64,000 bases of DNA from Candidatus Marinacidobacterales bacterium (GTDB lineage Bacteria; Acidobacteriota; Vicinamibacteria; Marinacidobacterales; SMYC01). The stretch is from the NCBI GenBank assembly GCA_965224085.1, contig CBDCYI010000004.1, positions 1,792,001-1,856,000 on the forward strand. The letters run 5' to 3'. Within the stretch, counting starts at the first letter, position 1, and every line of letters begins with the position of its first letter. Under the pieces are notes generated by a model that had not been told where the DNA came from, did not search any database, and saw only the letters and a list, made by a program, of their open reading frames with translations. A program made the position numbers and the translations under genes. Shown one piece after another: positions 42,073-53,451 of this stretch.

Positions 42073-43159
42073 TGCCTTGGTGCACAACTCCGATAGAGGC
42101 CGAGAGCTCGCTTGGCCCCGACTCCCATCATCCGATCATCTCGCTATCAGGCATCCCGAGCGCCGTCATGGTGTTGAGAATCTTGCACCCGATCCTTGCC
42201 TCGACTCTCTGTGCCGCCAACCCTCTCGCTCGCATCGCTGAGCCCACGATAGCCTTGTAGCGATGGAACGTTGTCTCGACTTTGCTCCGTTTGCTGTAGC
42301 CCGATTCTGTGTGCCACTTTCGTTTGCCGAGCCGAGCTTGTGCTGCAATGTTGCGAATTGCGCTGTCGGCTGCTCGCCGGCCCCATGCGAGCAGGGCGCC
42401 CTTGCGCGGCGGTATCAGCACCCTCGGCGAGCGATGAGCGCTGTGATTCTCGATTGCCTCATAGACGCCGCTGGCGTCGTATGCGGTGTCAGCTCTGGCC
42501 GATGAGATGGGACTGTCGCTCTGTCCGACAAGCGATGCAACCCGCGATGAATCGCGGGCTCTTTTGCTCGTCAGCTCGCCGGCGACGACTTCGCCAGTCT
42601 GCTCGTCGACACACAGATGGAGCTTGCGATAGTCCCTGCTATTTGGTGCTCTGCGCAGCTGGCCGGCGTGGACAGCGAGACCGCTGCTGTCGATCAAGAT
42701 GTGCAACGGCGTCTTCTGCTTGTCTTGGTAGAAGGTGACCTTACCCAGCTTCGCCTTGCGCCTCGAGATCGTGGTGTGATCGGGCACATCATTGTCTAGC
42801 TTCATCAGAGCGAACAACGATCGCAGCAATCCCTCGCTCTGTCTAGATGACAGATGAAACACCATGCCCAGGGTGACAGCCGTCTCGATGGCGTGGTTCG
42901 AGTACTTGCGTTGACGGCCCGGTTTCCTCCTCCTCGGCCGGGGCGCGTCCCAGTTCACAAGCTTGCCGGCGGTGAGCGAGATCCAGACGGTCAGGCTCCC
43001 ACGGTTGCGTAGACCCGCCTCATATTCACGCCAATTCCTCACGCGATAGGCCTTCTTCACATACTTCCGCTGAGTGCGTTTGAAAATGCTCATGGGGAAC
43101 CTCGAATCCGTGAGTAAAGGACAATTGTGGACCGAGATCGCGAGTTGTGCACCAAGGCA
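42073..43159 (-). mobile_element. IS5-family (IS903-like) element, copy 1
   Basis: Perfect 18-bp IRs TGCCTTGGTGCACAACTC; flanks only nearly repeated (CGCGAGG / CGCGGAGG). Confidence 0.9.
42128..43093 (-). CDS. IS5-family transposase
   Basis: YRVRNWREYEAGLRNRGSLTVW, PDHTTISRR, IDSSGL, RKLHL, ADTAYD, RSKVETTFHRYK. Confidence 0.9.
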   Translation of the reverse strand: MSIFKRTQRKYVKKAYRVRNWREYEAGLRNRGSLTVWISLTAGKLVNWDAPRPRRRKPGRQRKYSNHAIETAVTLGMVFHLSSRQSEGLLRSLFALMKLDNDVPDHTTISRRKAKLGKVTFYQDKQKTPLHILIDSSGLAVHAGQLRRAPNSRDYRKLHLCVDEQTGEVVAGELTSKRARDSSRVASLVGQSDSPISSARADTAYDASGVYEAIENHSAHRSPRVLIPPRKGALLAWGRRAADSAIRNIAAQARLGKRKWHTESGYSKRSKVETTFHRYKAIVGSAMRARGLAAQRVEARIGCKILNTMTALGMPDSEMIG

Positions 43160-43639
43160 TCGCGGAGGCAGGAAGTTGCTACGGATGCCGAAGCTGGACG
43201 TTGGAAACGGTAGCACTTGGCCACAGAGTTCTCTTGATTAGAGACATAAACCATCGGGAGCGGCATTGCATTAGCTCGCGGACACGGGACCGCTTTACGC
43301 GTGCGGCCGACGCCGCGCGCGGTCACGCAGCCGTCGGCTTCACTCTGTCGACACCGGTGCGTTCGTCCTGTTGGGTAGGCAGGACGAGCGTTGCCTCGTT
43401 TCCGGTGTCGCTGCTCAGATAGAGCTTCGACGGGCCACCAAAGGCGGGCGTTTTGACCGGAAGGAGATCCAGCAGAATCGTACGGTTCTGCGTCGAGTTG
43501 AGCGACACGAGCTCGCCGCGGCGCTTTTATCCGCAAAGTGATGTAACGCGATGAGGTTCGTCGTCTTGCCGCCTGCCGCCGGGCCGTAATAGAGTATCTT
43601 CGTCCGAATGTAGCGTTCACGACGGTTGATGTCTACCAT
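43160..43639 (-). pseudogene. MglA-like small GTPase, frameshifted and cut by IS5
   Basis: KILYYGPAAGGKTTNL P-loop; RTILLDLLP in a shifted frame; GAGGAG RBS. Confidence 0.75.
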
Positions 43640-43693
43640 GGCTCCTCTTATCGTATCGGCCGCCGTCCATACTTCGTTAGTCCTTCCGCGAGG

Positions 43694-45118
43694 TCACGAC
43701 AGCCAGATCAAGACGTAGGCTGTGGCGAGGGCGATGTGCACGATCGCGAAAGGCAGGGCGAGGGTTACGAACTTGAGGAAGGAGACCTCGAGTCCGTGCT
43801 TGTGCATGATGGTGACCGCCACGAGGGTCGAGGCCGAGCCGATCGGAGTGAGGTTCCCGCCCAGGTTTGCCCCGAAGATGACCGACCACCAGAGAGGTGA
43901 GTCCGCGGGCGTTTGAAAGCTCCCCGAAGTAAGGATCTTGGCGAGCATCGCCGATAGCGGGATGTTGTCTGTCACGCTGCTGGCCACGGCAGCCACGAGA
44001 AGTAGAAGCCCGCCACCGACCCTTTCCCCCATCCCGATGATGGGCGCAAATCCTCGCCCGATGAGCTCCAGAACGAGCGCCTCTTCCATGACGTAGATGG
44101 TCACAAAGAGAAAGGCGAAAAAGAGAATCAGATCCCAATCGACCGCGCTATAGAAAGTATGCGGTTCAGACTTGTAGCGAAGGAGCATCACCATCGCAAA
44201 GCTCATGGCCACGAAGCCCATGCCCAGTTTCCCAATGGCCCAGCTATCGAAGGAGGCCCCGGCGATGAAGGCGATGAAGAGCACGAGCATGACCGCCCCG
44301 AACCAGAAGAATCCCATGCTCTCGATGCCGTCGTTCTCGTCGAAGGTAGCGACGCGCTCTGCTGCTTCCGCTTTCTCTTCCGAAGCGAGCCGTTCGATCC
44401 CGAATCGCCTGGAGCCGAGCCAGATGGTGATGACGGTGACCACGAGCACGTAGGGGCTGGATTTGACAAAGAAATCAACGAAACCGATGCCGGCCGTCGT
44501 ACCGACGATGATGTTGGGAACGGAAGAGATCAGAGTGAGCAGTCCTCCTACGTTCGTCAGAAGACCCTCGATGAGCAAGAAGCCCAAGAGCTTGTCGTCT
44601 CGCCCGAGCTTCTCCAACGACACGGCGGTGAGAGAGCCGATGATGATCATCGCCGTGACGTTGTTCAGTACTGCGGAGAAGACGGTGGTCATCGCTCCGT
44701 AGAAGACGAGCAGCAGCAGGGGATCCCCTTTGGAAAGCTTGGTCAGCTTGATGGCGATCCAGGTGAAGAGCCCGGACTTGCTGGTGACGTCGACGAAGAT
44801 GCTGGCCCCGAGAATGATGGTAACGACGCCCCAGTCGATGGAAGGAATGAAGACCGGGAGCTTGATGTGATGACCATCGGCGAGCGTCACCTCACCGAAG
44901 GGCAGAAGCTCCATGAACGCGCCGAGCGTGAGACAGACGATGGCGAAAAAGCCGGCAATCACTGATTTTTTTGCGTGTAGTTTCTCTTCCAACGCAAGGC
45001 AAAGAATCAAACCGACGAGAATGGCAGCAAAAAGAAGCGTTACCGAGGGTGGTACTTCTTTTGGATGCGGCGCGGTGACGCCGGATTGGACAGCGGCAAA
45101 TGTAGCTTCGGGCAGCAT
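43694..45118 (-). CDS. SLC13/ArsB-NhaD (CitMHS-like) ion transporter
   Basis: SAVLNNVT, NVGGLLTLISSVPNII, VDWDLILFF, SSVTDNIP, GANLGGNLTPIGSAS. Confidence 0.88.
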   Translation of the reverse strand: MLPEATFAAVQSGVTAPHPKEVPPSVTLLFAAILVGLILCLALEEKLHAKKSVIAGFFAIVCLTLGAFMELLPFGEVTLADGHHIKLPVFIPSIDWGVVTIILGASIFVDVTSKSGLFTWIAIKLTKLSKGDPLLLLVFYGAMTTVFSAVLNNVTAMIIIGSLTAVSLEKLGRDDKLLGFLLIEGLLTNVGGLLTLISSVPNIIVGTTAGIGFVDFFVKSSPYVLVVTVITIWLGSRRFGIERLASEEKAEAAERVATFDENDGIESMGFFWFGAVMLVLFIAFIAGASFDSWAIGKLGMGFVAMSFAMVMLLRYKSEPHTFYSAVDWDLILFFAFLFVTIYVMEEALVLELIGRGFAPIIGMGERVGGGLLLLVAAVASSVTDNIPLSAMLAKILTSGSFQTPADSPLWWSVIFGANLGGNLTPIGSASTLVAVTIMHKHGLEVSFLKFVTLALPFAIVHIALATAYVLIWLS

Positions 45119-45132
45119 GGTGAAGTGTTGCC

Positions 45133-45987
45133 TCAGATCATGAGCAAAGGAATCTGGCGAAGCTCGACGGCAAGGGGGAAAGCAAGGCCGTGCATCGCGA
45201 GCTGGTCTTCGTCCTTCGTGTTCAGCACCAGAAGCTGGACCGACTGGTCCTCGACGAGCTGCTTGTACTCGGTCAGACGGTGACCGGTTCGAACCTCGGA
45301 ATGAACCCGAAGGTCCAAGCCTTCTCCCTTCAGCTCCCGCGTGCAGCTTTCGATATAGTCGCGAGGCTCTTTGAGCAGTTGTTTGATGATCTGCTCCCGA
45401 GCGTTTTCTGTATCGATAGAAGGAATCTTCGAGATCGCCTCGATGTAGCGTTCGAAGGTAACGTCGTCCTCGATATGCGTGAGAAAGAGATCGCCGCTCT
45501 CCTCGGTGAAGCGGGCCGCGTAGCTGACCAAGCGACTGTCTCCGACAAGATGGTCGGTCACCGCCATGACCACTTCCGTGTGCTGCATCGACGCGTCGAA
45601 GGACGCATCGTCGCGCGGGTGCGGAATGACCATGACGGGGCAGCTCGTCCCTTGAGTGAGGACGTCGAGCCGAGGCCCGAGGCTGTAGGGCCAACGCCAG
45701 GCCGCGCTATGCAAGTTCCGGTACGTCACGAGCAGTTCCGGCTTCTCCTGCTCGACGAGTCCGAGAAGCTGCTCGACCGTCTTCGACTGGCTGCGGTCGA
45801 GCACCATCCACTGGGGGCCGTCTCCGAGAACGTGCAAGAAAGCACGAACCCTCGCGGCGAGCGTCTTGGCCTCTTCCGCGTCGAGGTCGGTAACGACGGC
45901 AATCTTCTCGAAGGACAGCTGTTGACGTTTGAAGCTGAGCTTCGCCGCCGATTTGAAGACGCTTTCGAATTGGTCGACTTTGATCAA
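45133..45987 (-). CDS. Universal-stress-protein-like (tandem USP) protein
   Basis: KIAVVTD, CPVMVIP, VVMAVTD, QLLVLNT..IPLLMI; start uncertain; co-oriented with the permease. Confidence 0.7.
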   Translation of the reverse strand: MIKVDQFESVFKSAAKLSFKRQQLSFEKIAVVTDLDAEEAKTLAARVRAFLHVLGDGPQWMVLDRSQSKTVEQLLGLVEQEKPELLVTYRNLHSAAWRWPYSLGPRLDVLTQGTSCPVMVIPHPRDDASFDASMQHTEVVMAVTDHLVGDSRLVSYAARFTEESGDLFLTHIEDDVTFERYIEAISKIPSIDTENAREQIIKQLLKEPRDYIESCTRELKGEGLDLRVHSEVRTGHRLTEYKQLVEDQSVQLLVLNTKDEDQLAMHGLAFPLAVELRQIPLLMI

Positions 45988-46418
45988 AGCGATCTCGATA
46001 CCGACAAGAATCGATGCGATCTTGGCGGGAGACAACTCTACCGCCGGACCGGTCTGACCGCAACCACAGCGAGCCGTTCGATCCGTGACACTACAAGACA
46101 TGCGAGCGTTGAGGCTCATGGGAGTAAGCGGCCACGATCACAAGCTGCACCGGCAATTTCCAATGCCATTGAAAGGACCGTCCCGGCATTGAGAAGAAGT
46201 TGCCCTTTCTCGTTGATGACCGGGCGGGTGAACCCGCAGGCCCGGCTCCGCCTCTTCGATGAGTGGGTTCCCACAATCCTATGACCTAGCAGCCCAGTGC
46301 ATGGACGTGCCCGGCCGCAATTCACTCAAAACCCCAATCGGCTGGCACCAGCCCAAACTTTAGGGTGGCTTTGCGGAACGCCGCAACGAAGAATCAGGAA
46401 ACCGAGGCCAGCAGCTTG

Positions 46419-48110
46419 CTAATGCACGATCTGGCGGTTCACGATGGCGAGTATCTCTTGTTCGAGAGAGATGGCTTTCGTCTCAATCTCCTTGCCTTTT
46501 TTGAGCATGTCATCCACGAACTTCTTGTCCGCGAGTCCCGCCGCGTTGGTCTTGATGTTGAGATACGCTGCCGCCACGGCTGTGCGGGCGCAGAGCGCGC
46601 CGACGCCGGCATCGGAGGCTGAGCTCGGGTTGCCGTTCTCCGCCATCGCCTTGATCACTTCCATAGAATCGTAGGAGCTCTGCATCACCCTGAACGGAAC
46701 GTCCATCGCGTATCTTGTCGCCTCCTGCATGGCGCGTTTTTTTTCGGCCTTCTGCGCTTGCGTGTCTCTCGGCATGGAGAAGACGTCCATAACCTTGTTG
46801 AAGGCTCGGGTGTCTTCGTCCACAAGGGCTAGTAGCTCGTCGTGAAAGCGTTTGCCTTTCTCCGCCCAGCTCGAGAACTCTTCCCATCGATCGTCCCAGC
46901 CCCGCTTGTGAGCTGAGAGGTTCGCCACCATCGTCGCGAGCGCCGCGCCCAAGGCGCCAACCGCGGCGGAGATGGAACCACCTCCTGGAGCGGGCGATTC
47001 ACTGGCCGTCTCGTGGGTGAAGTCTGCGACCGTCAAGTCGATCAATCGCCTTTCTGAGCGATCGGCCATGGCGTATTCGATGATCTTCTCGTCCGGTTTG
47101 AACGGATAGAGATCGCTCAATCCGAGCGACTTGACGGCGATCTTGATGAGCTCCTCGTCCGAGACGCCGGTCGAGCGCTGCTGCTTTCTGAGAAAGAAGC
47201 GGCCCGCATCGAACATCGCCTGCAGTGGGATGAGGCCGACGAGCTCGCTGCCGGTTACCCGGACACCTCTCAGCCGCGCCTTCTCGCAGACTTCGTCGAA
47301 GGCCACGTGAACCGGAGTCACGCCGAGATGGGTGAGGTTCATCGAGATCTGCGCAATTCCGTACTCCTTGATGAACCAGCCGATGGCCTTGACACTTTTC
47401 AGGGACCCTGGATTCCAAACGTCCTCGCCCTTCTCGTCCTTGACGATGGGACCCGTTAGCGGGTTCCCCTCGCGTTTCTTGCGCCCCTTCTCGCGCACGT
47501 CGAAGGCGATGGCGTTGGCGCGCCGGGTGGACGTGGTGTTCAAGTTGACGTTATAGGCAATGAGAAAGGCCCGCGCTCCGACGGCCGTGGCCCCCGACCT
47601 CGGGTTGAATGTTGCGGGACCGAAATCCGGCTTCCAATCCGGACTCGCGAGCCTGTCCTCGAGCCCCTCGTACTCACCTTCACGCACGAGAGCCAGGTTT
47701 CTTCGCTGTTCTGTTCGCGCCGCGTGCTCATAGCAATAGATCGTGAGACCCACTTCCTCTCCCAGCCGTCTAGCGAGCTCGTGGGCCTGCAGCACCGTCT
47801 CTTCCATTGTGATGTTCGCCACCGGGATCAAGGGACAGACGTCGATAGCGCCGAAGCGAGGATGCTCACCGTGATGCAGGCTCATGTCGATGAGCTCGGC
47901 GGCCTTTCTTGCCGCGCGGACCGCTGCTGTGATCACCTCCCGCGGCGCCCCCACGAAGGTGACGACCGTTCTGTTCGTCGCCTTTCCCGGATCGACATCA
48001 AGAAGCTTCACGCCCTCTACGCCCTCAATCTCCGACGTGATTTGTTTGATGACGGACAAGTCGTTCCCTTCGCTGAAATTGGGAACGCATTCGATGAGTG
48101 GTTGTGTCAT
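46419..48110 (-). CDS. ftcD: Glutamate formimidoyltransferase-cyclodeaminase (bifunctional FTCD)
   Basis: IECVPNFSEG, HHGEHPRFGAIDVCP, GARAFLIAYNVNL, SELVGL, SPAPGGGS, GNPSSASDAGVG. Confidence 0.93.
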   Translation of the reverse strand: MTQPLIECVPNFSEGNDLSVIKQITSEIEGVEGVKLLDVDPGKATNRTVVTFVGAPREVITAAVRAARKAAELIDMSLHHGEHPRFGAIDVCPLIPVANITMEETVLQAHELARRLGEEVGLTIYCYEHAARTEQRRNLALVREGEYEGLEDRLASPDWKPDFGPATFNPRSGATAVGARAFLIAYNVNLNTTSTRRANAIAFDVREKGRKKREGNPLTGPIVKDEKGEDVWNPGSLKSVKAIGWFIKEYGIAQISMNLTHLGVTPVHVAFDEVCEKARLRGVRVTGSELVGLIPLQAMFDAGRFFLRKQQRSTGVSDEELIKIAVKSLGLSDLYPFKPDEKIIEYAMADRSERRLIDLTVADFTHETASESPAPGGGSISAAVGALGAALATMVANLSAHKRGWDDRWEEFSSWAEKGKRFHDELLALVDEDTRAFNKVMDVFSMPRDTQAQKAEKKRAMQEATRYAMDVPFRVMQSSYDSMEVIKAMAENGNPSSASDAGVGALCARTAVAAAYLNIKTNAAGLADKKFVDDMLKKGKEIETKAISLEQEILAIVNRQIVH

Positions 48111-48574
48111 TGCGGTCCTATCCTTGCTAGCCTGACAGGAGGTTGAAGACACGAAAGGCGTAGGCCTCGCAGATGCTGATGGATCAGCAGAGCGCCGGCG
48201 ACGTTCCACGAGCGGTTGAATTCGACCGATGCCGTCATACGTTCCTTGAGAAAACGCCGGCCATGGATCCGGTAGGATAGCACGCTAGGTGCTAGTCCCC
48301 TGTATCAGTAGGGCGAGCTCGACAAGGCGGGAAAGCCCTCGAGGAGCTCGAGCGAGAGATGGAAAAGCTTTTACATGCAGCTCCATGTCGGCCGTGCGAT
48401 CACCAATTTCTATCGCGCGGAGCACGATCCGCTGTCGAACGAAATATTGGTGGCGGGGGGCTATGACATCAAAACGGTACCGCCACCCTTCCCCAAGAAC
48501 CCGGCGCGGGCATCAGTATCAATGAATCCAAATTTGGCTCGGACGCAACGATTCGCTTCGACGTGAGCGCATAA

Positions 48575-48958
48575 GCACTTCGCGCCGAAACCGGAAGCGG
48601 GAGCGTCGTTGTCGAGGAAACCGCTGGCGATGTCGAAGTCGAAACAGGTTCCGGCCCCGTCCGCGTGCACGGCATTCGCGGAGCTTTGGAGGTCAGCACC
48701 GGAAGCGGGGGCATCGAAGCCGAGGGCGATCTCGCAGCCGATTGGCGGTTAAACGCTTCCTCCGGCGGCATCCGCGTACGCATCCCTACCGACGCTCAAT
48801 TCGAGCTGCATGCGCGCACGCGCTCCGGTAACATCGACTCCGATCATCCCGTCGAAGTCGTGGGCAAGTTGAGCCGTAAAGAAATGAATGGGACGGTTCG
48901 CGGCGGCGGTCATCGACTCGATTTGAAGACCTCTTCGGGGAGCATCCGCATCCGCTGA
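48575..48958 (+). pseudogene. DUF4097 beta-strand-repeat protein, C-terminal fragment
   Basis: Repeated TGSG/SSGG/TSSG units and 'GTVRGGGHRLDLKTSSGSIRIR'; preceded by a stop codon with no start or signal peptide. Confidence 0.7.
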
Positions 48959-49006
48959 TCGCTGCTTGAAGCACTCGAGGAAAGTGTGCGCTAGAATCGC
49001 TCTGCT

Positions 49007-49960
49007 ATGCCACGAACCTTTCTAGCCATCACGCTAAGCGCCGCTTTCTCGGCCGGGGCTCTCTCTGAGACCCTCTTGATCGCCGACAAATCCTCGGACG
49101 CTCTACTGTATTTCGACACGGCGTCGCTCGAAGTCACGCGCACCGTGCCCGTCGGCGGAAACCCGCACGAAGTTGTCGTCACGCGCGGGGGCCGCTACGC
49201 GATCACTTCCAACTCTCGTAGCAACACCATCTCGATCGTCGACCTCGCAAAAGGTGAGGAGGTTGACCGGCTCGCATCGCCTCGATTCCATTATCCGCAC
49301 GGGATGGCCTTGCATCCAAATGGGCTGTGGCTCTATCTGACCAACGAACAGACTGAGCGTATTTTCACGATCGATTTGGAAGAGCGTCGGATCGTCGACG
49401 AGGTCTCGACCGGGATGGGCGGCTCGCACATGGTCGTTCTCACCGCGGACGGCGCGCGCGCCTACATTGCGAATCGCGAGGCCGGCACCGTGAGTCTGTG
49501 GAAGACGGCGAGCCCAAAATCCATCGTCCACGCCGAGGCCGGAACCGGAGCAGAAGGCATCGCGCTCTCGCACGACGAACGCTGGCTGCTCGTCGCGAAT
49601 CGCAACGATAACGACTTGCATTTATTCGATGCATCGGATCTGAGCCTCCAGGCCAAGATCGCGCTCGGCGAGGGCCCCGTGCGCGTGGCCGTAGCACCCG
49701 ACGATCGGCACGCGTTCGTCACTCATCGCGCTTCGGCCCAGGTTTACGTCATCGACCTCTCCGCTCGCAAAGTGACCGCCAAGATCGCGGTGGGCGAAGG
49801 ACCCGGAGGCATGGCTTTCGACGTCGCCGGCACCCGGCTTTTCGTCGCGAACACGAGCGCGGGGACGGTATCGGTGCTCGACCTCGAGACCTTAAATGTC
49901 CTCTCGACCCACGATGCGGGCAAGGGTCCCGACGGCTTGTGGGTCACCGCCCTTCGCTAA
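49007..49960 (+). CDS. YVTN/YncE-family beta-propeller protein, secreted
   Basis: Signal peptide; repeats VGGNPHEV, PHGMAL, VGEGPGGMAF, LFVAN. Confidence 0.88.
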   Translation: MPRTFLAITLSAAFSAGALSETLLIADKSSDALLYFDTASLEVTRTVPVGGNPHEVVVTRGGRYAITSNSRSNTISIVDLAKGEEVDRLASPRFHYPHGMALHPNGLWLYLTNEQTERIFTIDLEERRIVDEVSTGMGGSHMVVLTADGARAYIANREAGTVSLWKTASPKSIVHAEAGTGAEGIALSHDERWLLVANRNDNDLHLFDASDLSLQAKIALGEGPVRVAVAPDDRHAFVTHRASAQVYVIDLSARKVTAKIAVGEGPGGMAFDVAGTRLFVANTSAGTVSVLDLETLNVLSTHDAGKGPDGLWVTALR

Positions 49961-52235
49961 CCAACTTGCCGTCGATATAGACCCATCTCGGCACAACCCG
50001 ATAGTCGAACGGGTGTCCTTCGAAGACGAGGAGATCGGCATCTTTGCCGACGTCGAGGCTCCCGAGACGCGCATCCATGCCCATCATCTCGGCCGCGTTC
50101 AGCGTGAACATCTTCAGCGCTTCCTCCTCGGAGACGCCGTGGCGAAACGCCCAAGCCGCGTTGAGCGCCGGCTCGCCGCCGAGCCGCCCCGTCGGCATCC
50201 CGCGCCGCGAGCCGCTCGGCCCGTAGAAAGAGACGGTAACACCCGCCTGCGAGAGGATAGCGGGAGCCTGGACGTCGTAGCCCTCTCCGCCGCCGCGGAT
50301 GGCTTCGAGCCGCGACGCGGTGTCGCCAAGGATGACGCCCACGCTGGCGCGCGCAAGCTCGGGCGCAAGACGGTGGGCTTGGACGGCCCCGCTGACGATG
50401 AGACGCAATCCGAACTCGTCCGCGAGCCGTATCGCCTTTCGGATCTCGGCTTCCGTGCGGGCGTGAAAGATTGCGGGCACCTCACGCCGTAGAGCGGGCC
50501 CGAGCGCTTCGAGCTTGGCATTGAAATCGCCGCGCGGATCTCCCCGCGATCCTCTTCGACCGAGAAGACGAGGGCACTCGGCTCTTTCCGCACCATCGCG
50601 TCGAGATCCATCCCCGCGTTCTTGATCACCACGCCGCTTCCACCCACGAGGTTCCGGTGTCCGGGTGTTACGTTCTGCGTCGTGATACCGATGTCGCGGA
50701 TGACGTCGAAGGACGGAAACCAAGGGTCCACGGCGAAGCGAGCGTTCATCTCGGGTGTTACCCGATCCGTGATCTCATCGTTTTGAAGCTGCCATTTCAA
50801 GTCGCCAATCCAGTCGTTGGGATAGGCGAGTGCCGAAACGAAGCCCGGCAAGACGACGCGGCCGCCAAGGTCGAACGTCGGATGTTCCTCGAGCGGAGTC
50901 GCCTCGGCGCCGACGGCGATAATCTTGCCGTCTTCGACGACGAGCGTGGCGTTTTTGGCAGCGCCTTTGGTCACCGTAAACAAATGCGCGTTCACGAAGC
51001 TGAAGGACGGGCCGGCCGGGACCGCGCCGCGCATTGTCGAGAGGGGCGAGAACGGGCCGACAGCGGTCATGGAGCGGACGGGGCGGCTCGGTCGTTCGTA
51101 CTCGACGACGCCGTCGACGAGGACTCGCTCGATGCGATCGCCCGTCATGTCGAACGGGTGGCCGTCGAGGAGCACAAGGTCCGCGTCCTTGCCGACCGCA
51201 ATGCTTCCAATCCGATCGTCCAGCATCATCGCTTTCGCCCCGTTCAGCGTGAGCGCTTGGAGCGCGTGCTCTTCGCTCAGGCCGTGACGCACGAGAAAAG
51301 CTCCATATTCGCGGAAATCACCGAGCTGCTCGCGCCCTTGATCGGTTTGCACGCTGGTCACGACACCGGCTTCCGCGAGCTCTTGCACGACGTTATGGCT
51401 GCTCTCGTCGCCGTAATACTGCACGATCATCACGGGGCCGACGACCGCGATGACGCCCCTCTTCGCAAGCAGCGCGGCGATGGGAAAGGCTTTCTTCGAC
51501 GTGCGCGAGCGCCACCCGATCGAGAAAGCCGTAGCGTTCGGCAAGATGGAGCACCATCTGGATCTCGCTCGGATAGTGGCTGTGCGCATGGACCATGACG
51601 TCCCCACGGAGCACGGCAGCGAGAGCGTCGAGCCGCGCGTTCCCCGAGGCGTCACGCTCCAAGTAGTCCTTCGCGCGCCGAAAATAGTCGTCCGCGATCG
51701 CATACCAGCCCATCACCGTCGCGGGTGCGTCGTCTGGTCTCAAGTTGATGAGCGGCCGCACCGCCATCTTGAGGTCCACATAAGGTTTCAGCACCGTCGC
51801 CGCGCCCGAGCGGCCGCGAAGCTTCAGCGCAACACCTTGTCCACTCGAGACGATTCCGCTTCCCGGACGCGTGACGAGCGAGGTCAGGCCGCCGGAGAGC
51901 GCCACTTGGAGCATGGAGTGTTCGAGGTCCACGTGATCCACAGCCCGCCACTCCGCCGTGACCGGCCCAGGTGGGTGCTGCGAGCGATCGAGTGCAACGT
52001 GCGTATGCGCGTCGATGAAGCCGGGCACGACGGCGAGCGCTTCGAGCACGCGTGCCGATTCGGGTTCGGAGACATCGTTCCCGACTGCCCGGATCTTGCC
52101 GTCGCGGACGAGGATCTCCCCGTTTCGAATCACGCCGCCCGAGACGGTGTAAATCGTCCCACCACGGATGACCGTTACCTCCTGGGCGAAGCCCGCGGAG
52201 GCGCCCCATAGCATCAACGCAAGTGCGGATCGCAT
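49944..52235 (-). pseudogene. Double-domain amidohydrolase, two frame disruptions (~51490, ~50530)
   Basis: PGFIDAHTH; ALTLNGA..IGSIAVGKDADLV; second domain FTLNAAEMMG..GSLDVGKDADLLV, spread over three frames. Confidence 0.8.
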
Positions 52236-52236
52236 G

Positions 52237-53286
52237 TCAGTACAGCCTTTCCGTGTCGAGCACGTTCAAGAGAGGCTCGTCGTTCAGAAAGCGGCGCAGG
52301 TTCTCGCAGAACAAGTCCGTGAGACGCTCGTTCTCCCGGTTGCTCGTGCTCGCCGAATGCGGGCTCACGAGAACATTGGGCATCTCCCATAACGGACTTT
52401 CGGGCGGCAGGGGCTCTTTCTCGAACACATCCAGACAGGCGCCGCCGAGATGGCCGGAGTGCAACACCGCCACTAAGGCGGACTCGTCCACCAGGATGCC
52501 CCGACCCAGATTGATGAGGACAGCGCCTTTCGGCAGGAGCTCGAGCTCAGCGCGCCCGAGCAATCTTTCCGTCTCCGGGGTGTGAGGCGTTGTGAGGACG
52601 AGAAACTCCGACCGTGACAACACGTCGCGGAGATTCGCGAGCGTGTGCAGCTCGTCGAGATGAAGCGAAGCCGGCTCGATGTCTTCGATGTGCCGTTTGA
52701 TGCCGAGAACGTGCATCCGCATGGCGCGCGCCATGCGGCCGATCTCGGCGCCGACGGCACCGACGCCGACAATGCCCAAGGTACGTCCGTCGAGATCGGT
52801 GCCCGCGTGACGCTCCCAATGTTTGCGCTCCTGGTCGCGCTTCAGCCGCACGAGCTTCTTGTTGAACATCAACATCGACAGGAGACAGAACTCGGCGAGA
52901 GGCTGTACATGGACACCTCTTGCCGTCGTGAAGATGACCTCTGGCAAACGTTGGTCATAGCCTCGACGTTTCACGAACTGGCCGATGCCGGAGCTCGTCG
53001 CCTGGATCCATCGAAGCTTGGGCACGAGCTCGGGCAAATCTTCTAGATGCGTCGCGTCGAAGTCGAAGAGAATGTCCGCGCTCTCGAGCAAGCTCTGCCA
53101 GCGTCGCTCTTGCTCTTCGGTGCGCTCGAAAGTCTTTCCTTTGTGATCGGCGGGGTATCGAGGGGGTCGCAGCAAGTCTGGCTCGTAGACAACGCGCTGT
53201 CTCGCATCGACATGCCGGATGCGCTCGACGTGCTCCGGCTCCAAGTAGCTCGCGATGAGAATGGTGTAGCAGTCTCGCACCGTCAT
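52237..53286 (-). CDS. D-2-hydroxyacid dehydrogenase
   Basis: GIVGVGAVG, PHTPET, INLGRG, LDVFEKEPLP, SPHSA. Confidence 0.92.
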   Translation of the reverse strand: MTVRDCYTILIASYLEPEHVERIRHVDARQRVVYEPDLLRPPRYPADHKGKTFERTEEQERRWQSLLESADILFDFDATHLEDLPELVPKLRWIQATSSGIGQFVKRRGYDQRLPEVIFTTARGVHVQPLAEFCLLSMLMFNKKLVRLKRDQERKHWERHAGTDLDGRTLGIVGVGAVGAEIGRMARAMRMHVLGIKRHIEDIEPASLHLDELHTLANLRDVLSRSEFLVLTTPHTPETERLLGRAELELLPKGAVLINLGRGILVDESALVAVLHSGHLGGACLDVFEKEPLPPESPLWEMPNVLVSPHSASTSNRENERLTDLFCENLRRFLNDEPLLNVLDTERLY

Positions 53287-53353
53287 AGGAGGGCGAGTGT
53301 ACACTTGTCTAGTGCTTAGTGCTCACCCTGCTTGTGTTTCTCGGGCATCGATC

Positions 53354-53451
53354 TCACGAACGGAGCGCGGTCACCGGATCGATGCGGGCGGCGCGGAAAG
53401 CCGGCAACAGCGTGGCGGCGAAAGCCACGAGCACGAGCACCACGGTCGCCC
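53354..53451 (-). pseudogene. C-terminal tail of a MacB/FtsX (ADOP-type) ABC permease, cut by IS5
   Basis: VLVAFAATLLPAFRAARIDPVTALRS*. Confidence 0.75.

Noticed and set aside
45118-45694. N-terminal extensions of track ORFs (permease 666 aa, kinase 958 aa, 57899 ORF 652 aa, IS5 362 aa)
   Set aside because: They overlap neighbouring genes or IS ends and have low-complexity Arg-rich composition; downstream starts fit better.
46200-46270. SAM-I riboswitch-like start (CTCATCGAAGAGGCGGAG) on the minus strand
   Set aside because: Lacks the GCAACC / GTGC core in the right spacing and a closing P1.
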